52,653 bases of DNA from Truepera sp. (GTDB lineage Bacteria > Deinococcota > Deinococci > Deinococcales > Trueperaceae), in assembly GCA_965218435.1 (NCBI GenBank), contig CBDCKW010000002.1:1-52653 (forward strand). The letters run 5' to 3'. Position 1 is the stretch's first letter, and the number at the start of each line of letters is the position of its first letter. The position numbers and the translations under genes were made by a program. Shown one piece after another: positions 39,425 to 51,144 of this stretch. The notes under the pieces were generated by a model. It was not told the DNA's origin, searched no databases, and saw only the letters and a program-made list of their open reading frames with translations.

Positions 39425-39814
39425 GTGACGCACGTTCTTGACGATCTGATCCGCCTGGAGCTCATAGGACCGAACGTGAACTTCGATGAGGAAGCGAAGC
39501 GCTCGAATCCGTCCGAAACGCCCTCGAGCGACTGGTCATAATCTCAGCAGGTGGCGTGAAACCATCCATGACGAGAGCTGTAGGGCCGTGCGCGCGGCAA
39601 GCCCAAGTTTGGGGCTTAACCGACTTCGCCATTAGGTACCGTGGTGCCTTTGGCACGCCACCTAGGATGAAAACAGCTATTTTCAGCAGGGTATGAAGTG
39701 CATTATGTTGCAGTTTTATGCGGCACTTGAGCGCTTCTTTAACCGAGGGTTTTGTGCGTGGATTGGGCCGCAGTATTGCATAAAGATGTACAGCCTGCTA
39801 CTGACTGAGCACGT

Positions 39815-40639
39815 CTACTTTTGCAAATGCTTCTTGAAGAATTCTAAGCGGAGCGTGTCAATTCGCTGTTGCCAGGGTTCGGAGAAGCCGTGAGCTTCCC
39901 CCTTAGCCCGAACCAGCGTGACGTCCGCACCAGCTTCTCGCAAAGCCACGTCGAGAAGCTGTGAGTGTAAAAATGGCGCGACTTCGTCCTCGTCACCATG
40001 AATCAGTAGAATCGGCGGCGTATCAGGGCGGATATGCGTGATGGGGTTGGCTAGCCTCACCAGTTCTGCCTTGTCACGTACCAAGCCGCCAAAGAGTAGT
40101 GACGGTTCAGAGGCTGGATCGTTTTGCCAGTAGCCGTCAGGTGGTTGGCTTAGGTCGCTCGCGCCACAGACCGAGACTACGGCCTGAACACGGCTGGAAA
40201 AACCGGGCGAACCGCTCGTTCCCTCGAGTTCCTTAACGCCATAAGAGGTGCCTAGCAGGGCCGCAAGATGACCCCCCGCAGAGCCGCCCCAGACACCGAT
40301 ACGGTTGGGATCAATCTTGTAGCGCTCGGCGTTGGCCCGTAACCAGCGCACCGCCGCCTTGCAGTCGTGGATGTGAGCCGGGAAAATGTGAGCTGGGCTA
40401 AGCCGGTAGTTGATGCTGACGGTAAAAAAGCCGTGTTGTGCGAGGGTGTGATTACTAGCGGGTTCTTTCTCGCCCTTGATCCAGCCGCCCCCGTGAAGCT
40501 GGACAATAGCAGGACGTGGACCGTTGACTGTTAAGGGTTGGACGATATCGAGAAGCAACTCAGTCTCGTCGGCTCGGCCATAAACGACGTCCCGGATATA
40601 TTCGACTGGTAGAGTTCCGAGAGATCGGTGAGACATCAT
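39815..40639 (-). CDS. Alpha/beta hydrolase (esterase/lipase)
   Basis: HGGGW, GGSAGG nucleophile elbow, HGDED and GEAHGF motifs. Confidence 0.9.
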   Translation of the reverse strand: MMSHRSLGTLPVEYIRDVVYGRADETELLLDIVQPLTVNGPRPAIVQLHGGGWIKGEKEPASNHTLAQHGFFTVSINYRLSPAHIFPAHIHDCKAAVRWLRANAERYKIDPNRIGVWGGSAGGHLAALLGTSYGVKELEGTSGSPGFSSRVQAVVSVCGASDLSQPPDGYWQNDPASEPSLLFGGLVRDKAELVRLANPITHIRPDTPPILLIHGDEDEVAPFLHSQLLDVALREAGADVTLVRAKGEAHGFSEPWQQRIDTLRLEFFKKHLQK

Positions 40640-40681
40640 GTCCTTTCGCCTGCGAATACGCTGCTTTCAAGACCGCCCCTA

Positions 40682-41731
40682 CTAAGTCAAAGCACTATAG
40701 ACCACCTGAAGCGCCCGCTGCCGCACGCTCGAGTCAGCCCCGAAACGGTTGGTAAGGTAAACGAACACGAGGTCGTGTTCCGGGTCGAGCCAGAGCTGCC
40801 CGCCCGTGGCCCCATCGTGCTCGATCACTGAGGACGAGGCAGGCACCACGTCGAAGCCATCAACTTTACCTTTGCGCCAGCCGAGCGTCTGATGCTGGGG
40901 CCTTGACACGGTCCCCGGCGCGAGCAGCCCGTGTGTTTGGTCACGGCTCATCAGTTCGACGTAGGTCGGCGGTAACAGCTCGGGGTCACGGCGTAAGAGC
41001 GCCTGACCAAAGTGGACGAGGTCCTCAGCCGTGCTCCATAACCCCGCCCCCGGCATCGCGAACGAGATAAACGCGTCCGTCGCTCTCTCAGCAGAGGGGC
41101 CACCTGGCCCGGTGATCCTTTCGACCTCGACCATCCGGGAGCGTTGCCCACGCGGGTCGAACGACGTGTCTTTCATCCCAAGCGGTCTAAAGATGTGCAC
41201 CTCCAGGTACGCCGCAAATGGCAAACCCGAAACGCGGGTGATGAGTTCGGCGAGCAGGTAGAACGTCAGGGTGCTGTACGAAAAGCTCGAGCCCGGTGTA
41301 AACAGCGGCATCTCAGCGCAGGCGACCTCAAAACTCACCACCCGCTCGGGAAGCTGCCGCAACGTTGTAAGCCAGTCGATCTCCCTGATACCCGAGGTGT
41401 GCGTGAGCAGGTGCCACGCAGTGAGCTGCGGTTTGCCGGGGGCTGCTAGTTCGGGTAGATGCTTGACCAGGGGTTCGTTAAGCAGCAGACGACCGTCGGC
41501 GACGAGCTGCATCACGGCGGTTGCGACGATGGGCTTGGTGATCGACGCCAGCAAGAAGATATGGTCGGTTGTAAGGGGCGTTCCGGAGGTCTGCCCGAAA
41601 GCTTCTAGGCGCACGGTCTCGTGAGCAGAGGCGACGCCGAAGACGGTAGCTGAGGCTTGGCCCGCGCGGACGTCCGCGCCGAGAGTGTCAAATGCGAGCT
41701 CGAGGCGTTTACGGTTCAGAGTGGCAGGCAT
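40682..41731 (-). CDS. Serine hydrolase, beta-lactamase/esterase fold
   Basis: SxxK (SITK), LLTHTSG, F.YS and PLGMKDT motifs; no signal peptide. Confidence 0.9.
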   Translation of the reverse strand: MPATLNRKRLELAFDTLGADVRAGQASATVFGVASAHETVRLEAFGQTSGTPLTTDHIFLLASITKPIVATAVMQLVADGRLLLNEPLVKHLPELAAPGKPQLTAWHLLTHTSGIREIDWLTTLRQLPERVVSFEVACAEMPLFTPGSSFSYSTLTFYLLAELITRVSGLPFAAYLEVHIFRPLGMKDTSFDPRGQRSRMVEVERITGPGGPSAERATDAFISFAMPGAGLWSTAEDLVHFGQALLRRDPELLPPTYVELMSRDQTHGLLAPGTVSRPQHQTLGWRKGKVDGFDVVPASSSVIEHDGATGGQLWLDPEHDLVFVYLTNRFGADSSVRQRALQVVYSALT

Positions 41732-41863
41732 GGTTCATCGTAGCCCTTGGTGAAACCTTGAACGATAACGCCCAGGAGTCGTTACCGTTTATGCGGTGGT
41801 TGAGCGCGTTCAGGGCAACCATTTGAGCAGCCTTTAGGCCGTAACGATGCGTTAAAACTGAGG

Positions 41864-42839
41864 TTACTGAGGGTTGACGCCGACAGCCCTCAGTACGGCG
41901 TCCCAAGCCAGCTCGGAGGCTAGGACCCCGAGGTGCGCCGGGCTTAGTTCATGCATCTCGTGCGTTCCAGTCGTGGCGGTGAACAGCACATCGCCATCGA
42001 AGCTGGTATGAAACGGCTGAATCGCCCGGGCCATCGAGCTATGGACTTGTCGCCCAAGCTGTGTGAGGTCAGTCGGCGTCAGCTTGACGTTGGTCACGAC
42101 CAGCGTCAGGGTCGTTGCTCGGGTGGGCCGACCCGAATCGGACGCGCCCAGGGTCGCCTCGAGGTCGTCTTTCAGGTGGCTGCGCTCTCCGGTCTGACGG
42201 TCGAGATGACCCCGCGCCACCTCGCCGTTACGGTTCACAACGGCACCTATGGCGTTAACGACGGTGAATACCGCTAGCTTGACCTCGCCGAAGTCGCGTA
42301 CCGCACCCCCTTGACCCCCTGGTTCTTCTCCTTGCCAGTCGAGGCCATTGCCGACATCAGCCGAGCGTCCTGCCCCGCATTGTCCTAACGGAAAGCGGCC
42401 GGGTCGAGCTACCTGGAGGGCACTACGTCCTAAGGCGTGATCGGGATAGATAAAGTTCTGGCGGTGCGCAAAGTCGAAGATGATGGCACCCCGCACGACC
42501 GCGATGTCATCAAAAATGTTCGCCGACTTGCCCGATGCCTGACGGCGAGCTAGCCATTCGGCGGTCACCCCGGTACACGCCTCAAGGCCGTAGAGCGAGC
42601 CGCCCGCAAAGCAAATGGCCTCGGTAGGACCGTCACCTGCCATGAACACGCCCGGCAGGCCGCCGCGTACGTCGGTCGCTATGCTTGCAGACTGCGGGAA
42701 GTGGAAAACGGTTGCAGCCGGTGGGTCCCTCCTCGTACTCAGCGCAGCCGATCTCGAGCCCGGGAAAGTCAAACTCGAGGGTAGGGCTGTCAAAGCTGGT
42801 GACGGGTTGAAGAGGGGCGGAAGCGTCAGGCTCGGTCAT
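41864..42839 (-). pseudogene. P1/DmpA-type Ntn hydrolase, NylC-like, one frameshift
   Basis: FDFPG..IG.A.YEEGPTG, D.RGG, AGGS.YGLEA, TT...VTN and QVHSSM.R.IQPFHT..DGD motifs; one extra base near 42712 splits it; ATG 42839 follows GAGG. Confidence 0.85.
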
Positions 42840-43304
42840 GGGTTCACCTCGCACTTACTTTACGAAGTAGGTTCTTTATTTGCCATCACTTGCCTCGCGG
42901 TGTTTTTGAGCATATAGTTCGGACAATCAAGGTCACGAAAATTTGCCCCGCTAGCCGCAGCGTCAATTCGGTAGATTTTTGCCTGTCCAAGCCCGTTTCC
43001 TTGCAATAGATGGAACAAACTAACTATGGATACCGCTGCATAGATAAGCTTGTAGCTTTTTGTGGCCCATAGCTCACAACTCGAGCACTATATTCCGCTG
43101 TTTTAGGCGGCTTCCTACTTCGATCTTCGTTGGGTGAGACATCGTTACTGAACTGCTGCAACGATATCTCACCATGTTTTCTCGATATTATGCGGTATTC
43201 GAGCGTATTAAAGGCAACCACCAATGCTGCAAATGGGCCGTTCACACGCAAAAGGACAAAGAGCGGCATAATCATCCTATATGGAGTCTTACTAGAGGTG
43301 AGGC

Positions 43305-44303
43305 GTGGGCGAGCTTTCAGCAGCGTTTGTTGACGAGCCTGCCAGTGACCCAGCCCTGCTGAGGACGCTGGCGGCCGCTGGGCTACCGGGAACCGGGCGA
43401 TTTCTTCCAAAGGCCGGCTGGGTTAGCCGTGTGTGGGTCGGCGACGAATACGTCGTACGGCTGAGCAACGGACAGTTTCGCGACTCGTTTCGCCACGAGG
43501 CCACAGTCGTCAACCTGCTCGCCGGCAGCGAGGTTCCACACGCCCGACACCTCGGTCACGGCGACGGCCCCGACGGCCCGTGGTGCGTCTCCGAACGCGT
43601 GCCCGGGCGAACCCTGCACGACGCGTGGCCGGGGGCAGACGTGCCCACGCGCAAAGCAATGATCGAAAGCCTCGGCGTTGCGTTGCGTGCGCTGCACCGG
43701 GTTCCTGTCTCGGCGGACCTGCTGCCGCCGTGGCTGGCCGATGCGCTCGCCGGGAAGCCGCGGGCTGCGTACCACCCACCTGTGGTGAATGCGGTGCTCG
43801 GTCAGGTCGAGGCTGCGCGGCGACGGCCCGGGTGTGACTCGCGCCTACTCGCCGACGTCGCCGACTGGGTCCGGGAGCGGCTGGCGTTGTTCGCTGCCGA
43901 CGAACCCGTCCTTGTCCACGGTGACGTACATGGATCCAACGTGATCGTTGACGAAGGACGCGTTACCGGTCTCCTCGATTTCGCCGAGGCGTTGGCCCAG
44001 CCAGCGGATGTCGAACTCGATATCATCCTCCGCTGGTGTGCGAAGGCGAGTGAGTACCCTCCCGTACCCGGCGGACGAGGGCTCGACGAGACCACCCTCA
44101 CTGATGTCCCTGGATGGCTGCGTGGCGCGTATCCGGAACTGTTCGAGCGCGAGCATCTGCGGGAACGGTTGCTCTTCTATGACATGCAGTGTGAGCTCGC
44201 GCTCTATACCCATCACCCCGTAGCGGACGAGCGTGAAGCGGCGCGGGAGCGCATTGCTCGCGTGCTTTCAGGCCACAACCACCTGGATGGGCTCGCCTGG
44301 TAG
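43305..44303 (+). CDS. Aminoglycoside phosphotransferase (APH/kinase-like) family protein
   Basis: HGDVHGSN Brenner motif and LLDF; GAGGTG RBS. Confidence 0.85.
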   Translation: MGELSAAFVDEPASDPALLRTLAAAGLPGTGRFLPKAGWVSRVWVGDEYVVRLSNGQFRDSFRHEATVVNLLAGSEVPHARHLGHGDGPDGPWCVSERVPGRTLHDAWPGADVPTRKAMIESLGVALRALHRVPVSADLLPPWLADALAGKPRAAYHPPVVNAVLGQVEAARRRPGCDSRLLADVADWVRERLALFAADEPVLVHGDVHGSNVIVDEGRVTGLLDFAEALAQPADVELDIILRWCAKASEYPPVPGGRGLDETTLTDVPGWLRGAYPELFEREHLRERLLFYDMQCELALYTHHPVADEREAARERIARVLSGHNHLDGLAW

Positions 44304-44739
44304 CCGCATCGTCGTGAGACCTTCGCTCAGGTGGGTGCCATGTGGTAGGGGTCGTTGCCTGCGCCGCCGGCTGCATAACTCGGAGTTGCACCCGACGAGC
44401 CCTCGCTGTTGCGTTCTGCAGCTGCTCCGGCTTCTTCTTGGCGAGTTCTCGCAGGCTAACTCCCGGGTTAGGCCGCATCAGCCACACTAGCTAGCAAATG
44501 TCCAGACGGCGTAGGACCTCAAATGCCGCCAAGTCCGTGCCTGTCACAACGCCCTGGTACAAGAGGGCTTAGGTGGTTGTCACGGGTTTAGGTGCCATTG
44601 TCGTCGCCATTCTGACGTCGCATTCTATGCTCGCCGGTTACCGCCGGCGTTATGCGTGAAATGAGCGCGCGTAACGCGACGACCTACGCCAATCATCAAT
44701 CATTGTCAACCCGCAACCTTCCGGACATCCATGCCACCC

Positions 44740-45567
44740 TCAGTCCCGTCTACCGAAATAGAGGTTCGCGTAAACGCCGTAGTGGTCCCTAGGGACCACC
44801 TGCATCTGAGGTGTCGGGTGGGTGCCGAAAATGCCAGCGTCCGGCACGCTGGGGTAGGGCAGGGCCGTGTTAAAGAGGTCCCGCAGGAGCAGCCAGTCAA
44901 CACGCATCGGCACCTCGAGCGTCGGTGCGTCCCGCCAGCGCGGGTTATGCCAGAAGTCGAGCGTGGGCTCGGGCGATCTGCCATTCCTCTCGGCGTGAGA
45001 ACGCGCCAGGTCATGCCAGCCGGGGCCGGGTCCCCTACCCTGCAGCGTCTGCTGACCCATCAGGAACCGGTAGACGCTCGAGTCCGGCGTGGCGTTGAAG
45101 TCGCCGCACAGCACCTCGTAACACCCCGCCTCCGAGCGCATCTCGATCCACGCCATCACTTGCGCAGTCTGCGCCTCCCTGGCGGCGATGTTCTCCCAGT
45201 CGAGGTGGACGTTCGTGAGCACGACCTTAGTGCCGCCGACGCTCACGCGCGCCCGGAGCCCGCAGTTCGCCAGCGCCGACAGGCCGGTGTCCCACCCGGC
45301 CTCGACGGCGCGTAGCGGCTGCTTGCTCAGGAACGCCACTCCCTCGTCCGGGTCGTTTGGGTAGAGCCGGGTCACGACGTGGCCGTAACCGCACCGCTCC
45401 GCGAGTAATGCAGCAGCGTCGCGCCCGTCGTGCTCCTCCACCCGCGCCGCCACCTCCTGTAGGGCAACGACGTCGGCATCGAGGCGCACGAGCTCTTCGA
45501 CCGCCGCGTCCAACCGCTCCGGCCAGCGGACGCGGGAGTTCCAGAGGTTGTAGGTCGCGATCCTCAC
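44740..45567 (-). CDS. Endonuclease/exonuclease/phosphatase family protein
   Basis: ATYNL, LQEV, NVHL, GDFN, RVDW and DHYGV motifs; GAGGAGG RBS. Confidence 0.9.
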   Translation of the reverse strand: MRIATYNLWNSRVRWPERLDAAVEELVRLDADVVALQEVAARVEEHDGRDAAALLAERCGYGHVVTRLYPNDPDEGVAFLSKQPLRAVEAGWDTGLSALANCGLRARVSVGGTKVVLTNVHLDWENIAAREAQTAQVMAWIEMRSEAGCYEVLCGDFNATPDSSVYRFLMGQQTLQGRGPGPGWHDLARSHAERNGRSPEPTLDFWHNPRWRDAPTLEVPMRVDWLLLRDLFNTALPYPSVPDAGIFGTHPTPQMQVVPRDHYGVYANLYFGRRD

Positions 45568-45648
45568 GTGTGGCCTCCTCGCCCGCCAAGTCTGGGGGCC
45601 GCGTTAGGGCTTATCCTACTGTAGTCAAGCGCCATTTCAATCCCAGCC

Positions 45649-46707
45649 TTGAGAAGGAGCCGGAGGGTGCGACCAAGAGCTTGCGCGGCCATCATTCTCG
45701 GAAACGACATCCTGATGGTGCGCCATGAGCACGGCGGGCGCACCTACTGGACGCTGCCCGGCGGCGTCGAGCCGGGCGAAACGCCCGAAGAAGCGGCCGT
45801 GCGTGAGGTCCGCGAGGAGACCGGGCTGGACGCCCGGGTCGTGCGCTTCTTGTTCGAGGAGCTGTACGGAGGCGGCGCAAGCCTTTGCCACCTGCTCGAG
45901 GCGGACGCGGGCCAGACCGCCTTGCTGGGGCATGACCCGGAAGAGGCGCATCTGGCGGCGGACGTGCGGATGTTGCAGGAGGTGGCCTGGCTGCCGTTAG
46001 ACAGCGTGGCGAACGATCGCCAGGTGTCGAGGGTGCTCGACGTGCTAAGAACGGTGGGTGAGGTCGGAGTGAGCCACTACTGGAGTCCGGGTGAGGCCGT
46101 CACGTTCCACGAGGTGCTGAACGAAAAAGTCGTCTGTGCTAGGCCCGTCACGGTCGTCCAGGACACACCCGAGCTGACGGCGCTCCTGCTCACCCCGGGC
46201 GCGCAGTGCAAGATCAGCACCCTGTTCTTGCAGGTGATGGCGGGGAACGCGCCGCGTACCTCGAGGTGGGAAGAACAGCACAGCGGCGCTTGGTCAATGG
46301 GTGACACCGTTTGGAGTCGCCTGCGCGTCCTGAAGCTCATTCGGCCCGGGAACTACTTTGCTACTTGGGTGTGCTGGCACCACGAGACGGGCGCGTTCGT
46401 CGGCTGGTACGTCAACTTCCAACTGCCCTTCGTGCGCTCTGCGCTAGGCTTCGACACGTTTGACCTCGAGCTCGACCTGGACGTCGCGCCGGATTTGACC
46501 TGGGCGTGGAAGGACGAGACGGAATACCGAGAAGGGATCAGGTGGGGGGTCATCTCGGCAGAAACTGCCGACCATGTGGAGAGTGCTCGCGCCCGGGTCC
46601 TCTCCCTAATCGAATCCCGCGCCTGGCCGTTCGACGGGACGTTCGTCCGCTGGGAGCCGGACGGAAGCTGGGAGCAGCCTCGGCTCCATACCGGTTGGGA
46701 CGAGTAG
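45649..46707 (+). CDS. NUDIX hydrolase fused to a DUF402-like domain
   Basis: Nudix box GGVEPGETPEEAAVREVREETG; C-half has GWYVNFQ.P, DTFDLELDL and WKDE.EY motifs; start could be GTG 45667. Confidence 0.75.
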   Translation: MRRSRRVRPRACAAIILGNDILMVRHEHGGRTYWTLPGGVEPGETPEEAAVREVREETGLDARVVRFLFEELYGGGASLCHLLEADAGQTALLGHDPEEAHLAADVRMLQEVAWLPLDSVANDRQVSRVLDVLRTVGEVGVSHYWSPGEAVTFHEVLNEKVVCARPVTVVQDTPELTALLLTPGAQCKISTLFLQVMAGNAPRTSRWEEQHSGAWSMGDTVWSRLRVLKLIRPGNYFATWVCWHHETGAFVGWYVNFQLPFVRSALGFDTFDLELDLDVAPDLTWAWKDETEYREGIRWGVISAETADHVESARARVLSLIESRAWPFDGTFVRWEPDGSWEQPRLHTGWDE

Positions 46708-47028
46708 GCGCTGCCGCGACCCTTCCGCCTGGCGCTTGGGCCGCCCATTAAGGCCGTGGGAGACGGTGCACCACTAGGGCGGTCGGCTCCTGAAGGTTTG
46801 TGGGTTCATTCAACTTCAACACTTCGCAGGTACGACCATCCATGTGGTGCTGGTTTACTCCGAGACCAAAGTCGACAGGAGCTAGCCCTCTACCGGAAAG
46901 CCCTAAGCTTGACTTTAGAGGCTGCGCTCGCTAATCGAGGGACCTGACCTAGGCCGTTGTAACCGAATTCCTGTCATAATGTTCGAGGTGCTTTCTTTAT
47001 CTACGCCTGTGTGCGTGTGGGAACCCTT

Positions 47029-48792
47029 ATGGGGGTAGGCCTGGGTCAGTACCGCTCCGTCCTGGTGGGCTACGTGGGTCCATTCTGGCGTCAAGCACTC
47101 CTGCTGCTCGCCTTCCTGCTCGCCGGAGTGGGATTACAGCTCGTAAGCCCATACCTCCTTTCGCAGTTCATCAACGCCGCTACCGGCGGTGGTTCGTACG
47201 CCGTGCTCGTTCGTCTGGCGGTCCTGTTTCTGGTGCTCACCATCGGCGTCCAGCTGCTGTCTGTAGTCGAAGCATACGTCGCCGAGAACTTAGGACTCAG
47301 GGCGACCAACGAACTCCGGGCGGACCTGACCGAGCACGTCCTCGGCCTCGATATGACCTTCCATAACGGCCAGACGCCCGGGGCGCTCATCGAGCGGATC
47401 GACGGGGACGTGGGGCGGCTCAAGAACTTCTTTTCCCGCTTCGCCGTGGACCTGCTCGGCAACGGCCTGCTGATGCTCGGCGTGCTCGTCGCCCTCGCCT
47501 GGATAGATTGGAGGGTGGGCGCAGCTTTAGTACTGTTCACAGTCCTGACCTTTGTGGTTGTCTACGTGTCGAGGGACGTGGCTGTGCCCCACTTCCGCGC
47601 CTCGAGAGAAGCCGACGCGGAGCTGTTTGGTTTCTTGGAGGAGCGCCTGGCCGGCACGGAAGACGTGCGCTCGAGCGGGGCAACCGCCTACGTCATGCGC
47701 CGCTTTTTCGAGCAGGCCCGGAAGGTCCTGCGCACGCAACTTAAGGCGAGCCTGATCGGCGTGAGCACCTTTAGCCTTTCGGCGGTGCTGTTCTCGCTAG
47801 GGTCGGTCATCGCCCTGGGCGGCGGGGCGATCCTCTTTCAGCGGGGTGAGATCACCATCGGCACAGTGTTCCTGATATTCCGTTACACCCAGCTCCTGAC
47901 CGGCCCCATCGAGGTCATCGGGCGGCAGGTCCAGGACTTGCAGCAGGCGGGCGCATCGATCCTCCGCATCTCCGATCTGCTGGGCACAAGGGCGCGGCTC
48001 GAGGACGCCGGGACGCTCGGGCTGACTGAAGATGCGCCCGCAGTCTCGTTCCGGAGCGTATCCTTCCGCTACCCAGTGGCTGAAGACCAGGAGGAACCCG
48101 AGTGGGTGCTCCAGGATGTGTCGTTCATGCTCCGCCCGGGCGCGAAGCTGGGGCTGCTGGGACGCACGGGTAGCGGCAAGACGACGCTCACCCGGCTGCT
48201 GCTGAGGCTTTACGATCCGACCGGGGGCACGATCCACCTTGGCGGCGTTCCGCTGCCCGAGTTGCGAGCCGGGGCCGTCCACAAAGGTGTCGGGATGGTG
48301 ACGCAGGAGATCCAGCTCTTCCACGCGACTGTGCGCGAAAACCTTTCGCTTTTTGACCCCAACGTCTATGACGAGCGCATGCTCGCGGTATTGCACGAAG
48401 TCGGGCTCGGCCCCTGGTACCGGTCGTTGCCCGAGGGACTCGACAGCCGCCTCGCCCCCGGTGGGAGCGACCTCTCGGCGGGGCAGGCGCAACTTTTGGC
48501 GTTCGTGCGGGTGTTCCTGAAAGACCCCGGCTTGGTGATCCTCGACGAGGCTTCGTCCCGGCTTGACCCTGCCACAGAGCAGCAACTCGGGCGTGCCATC
48601 GACCGCCTGCTGGAAGGCCGGACCGCCATCATCATCGCCCACCGACTGGCGACGGTGCAGCGGGTGGACGAGATCATGATCTTGGACGGGGGGCGCTGTA
48701 TCGAGTTCGGCAATCGCAAGGCGCTGGCTGCTAACCCTTCATCGCACTTCGCTGGCTTGCTGCGGACAGGACTCGAAGAGGCGCTGGCGTGA
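47029..48792 (+). CDS. ABC exporter, fused permease/ATPase (heterodimer subunit 1)
   Basis: TM domain plus [18 protein letters not shown] and IAHR motifs. Confidence 0.92.
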   Translation: MGVGLGQYRSVLVGYVGPFWRQALLLLAFLLAGVGLQLVSPYLLSQFINAATGGGSYAVLVRLAVLFLVLTIGVQLLSVVEAYVAENLGLRATNELRADLTEHVLGLDMTFHNGQTPGALIERIDGDVGRLKNFFSRFAVDLLGNGLLMLGVLVALAWIDWRVGAALVLFTVLTFVVVYVSRDVAVPHFRASREADAELFGFLEERLAGTEDVRSSGATAYVMRRFFEQARKVLRTQLKASLIGVSTFSLSAVLFSLGSVIALGGGAILFQRGEITIGTVFLIFRYTQLLTGPIEVIGRQVQDLQQAGASILRISDLLGTRARLEDAGTLGLTEDAPAVSFRSVSFRYPVAEDQEEPEWVLQDVSFMLRPGAKLGLLGRTGSGKTTLTRLLLRLYDPTGGTIHLGGVPLPELRAGAVHKGVGMVTQEIQLFHATVRENLSLFDPNVYDERMLAVLHEVGLGPWYRSLPEGLDSRLAPGGSDLSAGQAQLLAFVRVFLKDPGLVILDEASSRLDPATEQQLGRAIDRLLEGRTAIIIAHRLATVQRVDEIMILDGGRCIEFGNRKALAANPSSHFAGLLRTGLEEALA

Positions 48793-50600
48793 GCACCAGT
48801 ACGGAGAGTATCGCTAGCTTACCCACCTGGCGGTATATCGTGCGATTGGCACGCTACCGCCCGTGGCTCTATCTAACGAGTGGGCTCCTCGCCAGCGTTA
48901 TGTTTTACCTTTTTCCGCTACTCCCGGGGCTGGTGGTCAAGCAAGTGTTCGACAAGCTCACGGGCGAAGCGACGGTCTCTCTCGGCTTGTGGACGCTGCT
49001 TGCGCTTTTGGCCGGTATCGCCGTCGCCAGGCAGACGGCAATCATCGGAGCGGTCGCCGCCGAGGTCAGCTTGCGCTTGGTTGTCTCGACGCTCTTGCGC
49101 AAGAACTTGCTGGCGCGCATCCTCAAGCACCCCGGTGCCCGCGCTGTGCCGACCTCGCCGGGCGAGGCCATCAGCCGCTTCCGGGACGACGTCGGGGCCT
49201 TGCCCAACTTTTTGAGCTGGACCCTTGACCCGGTAGGGCAGCTGCTCGTCACTGTCATCGGGCTCAGCGTCTTAGGCAGCATCAACGCCCGCCTGACGCT
49301 GGCCGTCTTTATACCGCTGGTACTCACGCTGGTGGTCGTCAACCTGGCTGGGACGCGCATCGAACGCTACCGCAAAGCCAACCAGGAGGCCATCGGTGCG
49401 GTGACCAACCTGCTCGGCGAGATGTTCGGGGCGGTCCAAGCAGTCAAGATCGCGGGCACGAGGTCCCACATCATCAGCTACTTCCGGGGGGTCAACGAAG
49501 CGCGCCGCCGGGCTACCTTGCAGGACCTGCTCTTCAGCCGTTTGCTCGAATCGCTCTCGACCAACAGTGCCAACCTGGCGACCGGGGTGCTGCTCCTGGT
49601 CCTAGCCGGGATGGTGCGAAACCAACCGGGGGCAGAGGCAAGCTTCAGCGTGGGCGATTTTTCCCTGTTCGTCTCCTACCTCGGCTGGCTGGCGACCGTC
49701 ACCAACATGTTCGGGAACTACCTAACGCTATACCGGCAGACGGGCGTCTCGCTGACGCGGCTGCTCGAACTCATGCCCGGCGCGGCTCCGGGAACGCTGG
49801 TCGAGCACGGCCCGATTCACCTGTGGGGTGAGTTGCCGAGTGCTTCACCTAGTCAGCAGCGCCTGCCCGAAAAGCTCGAAGTGCTCACAGTCACGGGCCT
49901 CAGCTACCACTACTCGGGGACGGAGCACGGCGTCGAGGACGTGACCCTGAGCATCCCACGGGGTACCTTGACCGTCATCACTGGGCGCGTCGGATCCGGC
50001 AAGACTACCCTGCTCAAGGTGCTCCTAGGACTACTACCTAAAGACGCCGGTGAGATCCGCTGGAACGGCGTCACGGTCGACGATCCGGCCGACTTCTTCG
50101 TGCCGCCCCGTAGTGCTTACACCGCGCAAGTGCCGCGCCTGTTCAGCGAAAAGCTGCGCGACAACATCCTCATGGGGCTCCCTGAAGACGGCGTGAGCCT
50201 GTCTACGGCCCTCCATACCGCTGTGATGGAGCGAGACGTGGCGGCCCTCGAAGAGGGGCTGGACACTCCTATTGGGCCGAGAGGCGCTAAGCTCTCCGGC
50301 GGGCAGGTGCAGCGTTCCGCCGCGGCCCGGATGTTCGTCCGCGAGCCGGAGCTGCTAGTCTTCGACGACCTCTCGAGCGCGCTTGATGTCGAGACAGAGC
50401 GGACGCTCTGGGGACGGGTGCTGGCGCGGAAACGGACATGCCTGGCGGTCTCGCATAGACGCTCGGTGCTGCGCCAGGCGGATCACATCATCTTGCTCAA
50501 GGACGGGCGGGTCGAAGCGACGGGTAGCCTCGACGACCTGCTCGGCAAGAGCGAGGAGATGCGGCGGCTCTGGGCGGATGAAGGGGAAGCAAGTGCATAG
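48789..50600 (+). CDS. ABC exporter, fused permease/ATPase (heterodimer subunit 2)
   Basis: [13 protein letters not shown], degenerate Walker B VFDD and VSHR motifs; GTGA overlap. Confidence 0.92.
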   Translation: MSTSTESIASLPTWRYIVRLARYRPWLYLTSGLLASVMFYLFPLLPGLVVKQVFDKLTGEATVSLGLWTLLALLAGIAVARQTAIIGAVAAEVSLRLVVSTLLRKNLLARILKHPGARAVPTSPGEAISRFRDDVGALPNFLSWTLDPVGQLLVTVIGLSVLGSINARLTLAVFIPLVLTLVVVNLAGTRIERYRKANQEAIGAVTNLLGEMFGAVQAVKIAGTRSHIISYFRGVNEARRRATLQDLLFSRLLESLSTNSANLATGVLLLVLAGMVRNQPGAEASFSVGDFSLFVSYLGWLATVTNMFGNYLTLYRQTGVSLTRLLELMPGAAPGTLVEHGPIHLWGELPSASPSQQRLPEKLEVLTVTGLSYHYSGTEHGVEDVTLSIPRGTLTVITGRVGSGKTTLLKVLLGLLPKDAGEIRWNGVTVDDPADFFVPPRSAYTAQVPRLFSEKLRDNILMGLPEDGVSLSTALHTAVMERDVAALEEGLDTPIGPRGAKLSGGQVQRSAAARMFVREPELLVFDDLSSALDVETERTLWGRVLARKRTCLAVSHRRSVLRQADHIILLKDGRVEATGSLDDLLGKSEEMRRLWADEGEASA

Positions 50601-50733
50601 GCTTGTGACTCTCCCAAAAGCGCCCAACGGTTCTCCACTGGGTTCGGTGCGGCGGGCTGGCGAGGTTTACCGAGCCGGGCACCAATCCGCGAGAGGGGCG
50701 GTCGGCGCACGATATTCTCGCGTGAGGTGAACG

Positions 50734-51144
50734 ATGCGTAAGAAGGTACTCGCTCAGGACGTACATAACCCCTCTCTAACCGAAGGGGAGTGGCTAAACC
50801 TGGAGCGGCTTGCCCAGGTCGAGGTCACTTCCGAGGATCCGGCGCACCCAGTAGAGGCAGCGCTGATACCTGACAGCGAGAACAGCTGGCGCGCCGCACG
50901 AACCGGGGAGCAGCGCATCCGTCTACTGTTCGACAAGCCGCAGCAACTCCGGCGCATCCATATGGTGTTCGACGAGCATGAGCGAGAGCGCACCCAGGAG
51001 CTGGTGCTGCTCTGGTCGCCGCGTAGCGGGTCGCCCATACAGGAGATCGTGCGTCAGCAGTTTAACTTCAGCCCGCCGACCACAACCCGTGAAGTCGAAG
51101 ACTACACCGTCAATCTCAGTGGGGTAAGCACGCTCGAGCTGCAC
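50734..51144 (+). pseudogene. Small galactose-binding-fold (carbohydrate-binding protein-like) gene, 3'-truncated; ORF reads on to 51219
   Basis: WL.LERLAQVEVTSED..HP.E.AL, RTQE and EIVRQQFNFSP patterns; sequence character changes after TLELH. Confidence 0.65.

Noticed and set aside
43305..44303. Bona fide antibiotic-resistance call for the APH-like gene (and the beta-lactamase-fold gene at 40682-41731)
   Set aside because: Only superfamily motifs are visible; no evidence for antibiotic substrates
46756..46947. MerR-like fragment (TLRRYD...GLL)
   Set aside because: Resemblance too short and degenerate to call
43383..50766. Numerous overlapping antisense and alternate-frame ORFs in the GC-rich arm
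   Set aside because: Arg/Ala/Pro-rich shadow ORFs of well-supported genes, expected at high GC
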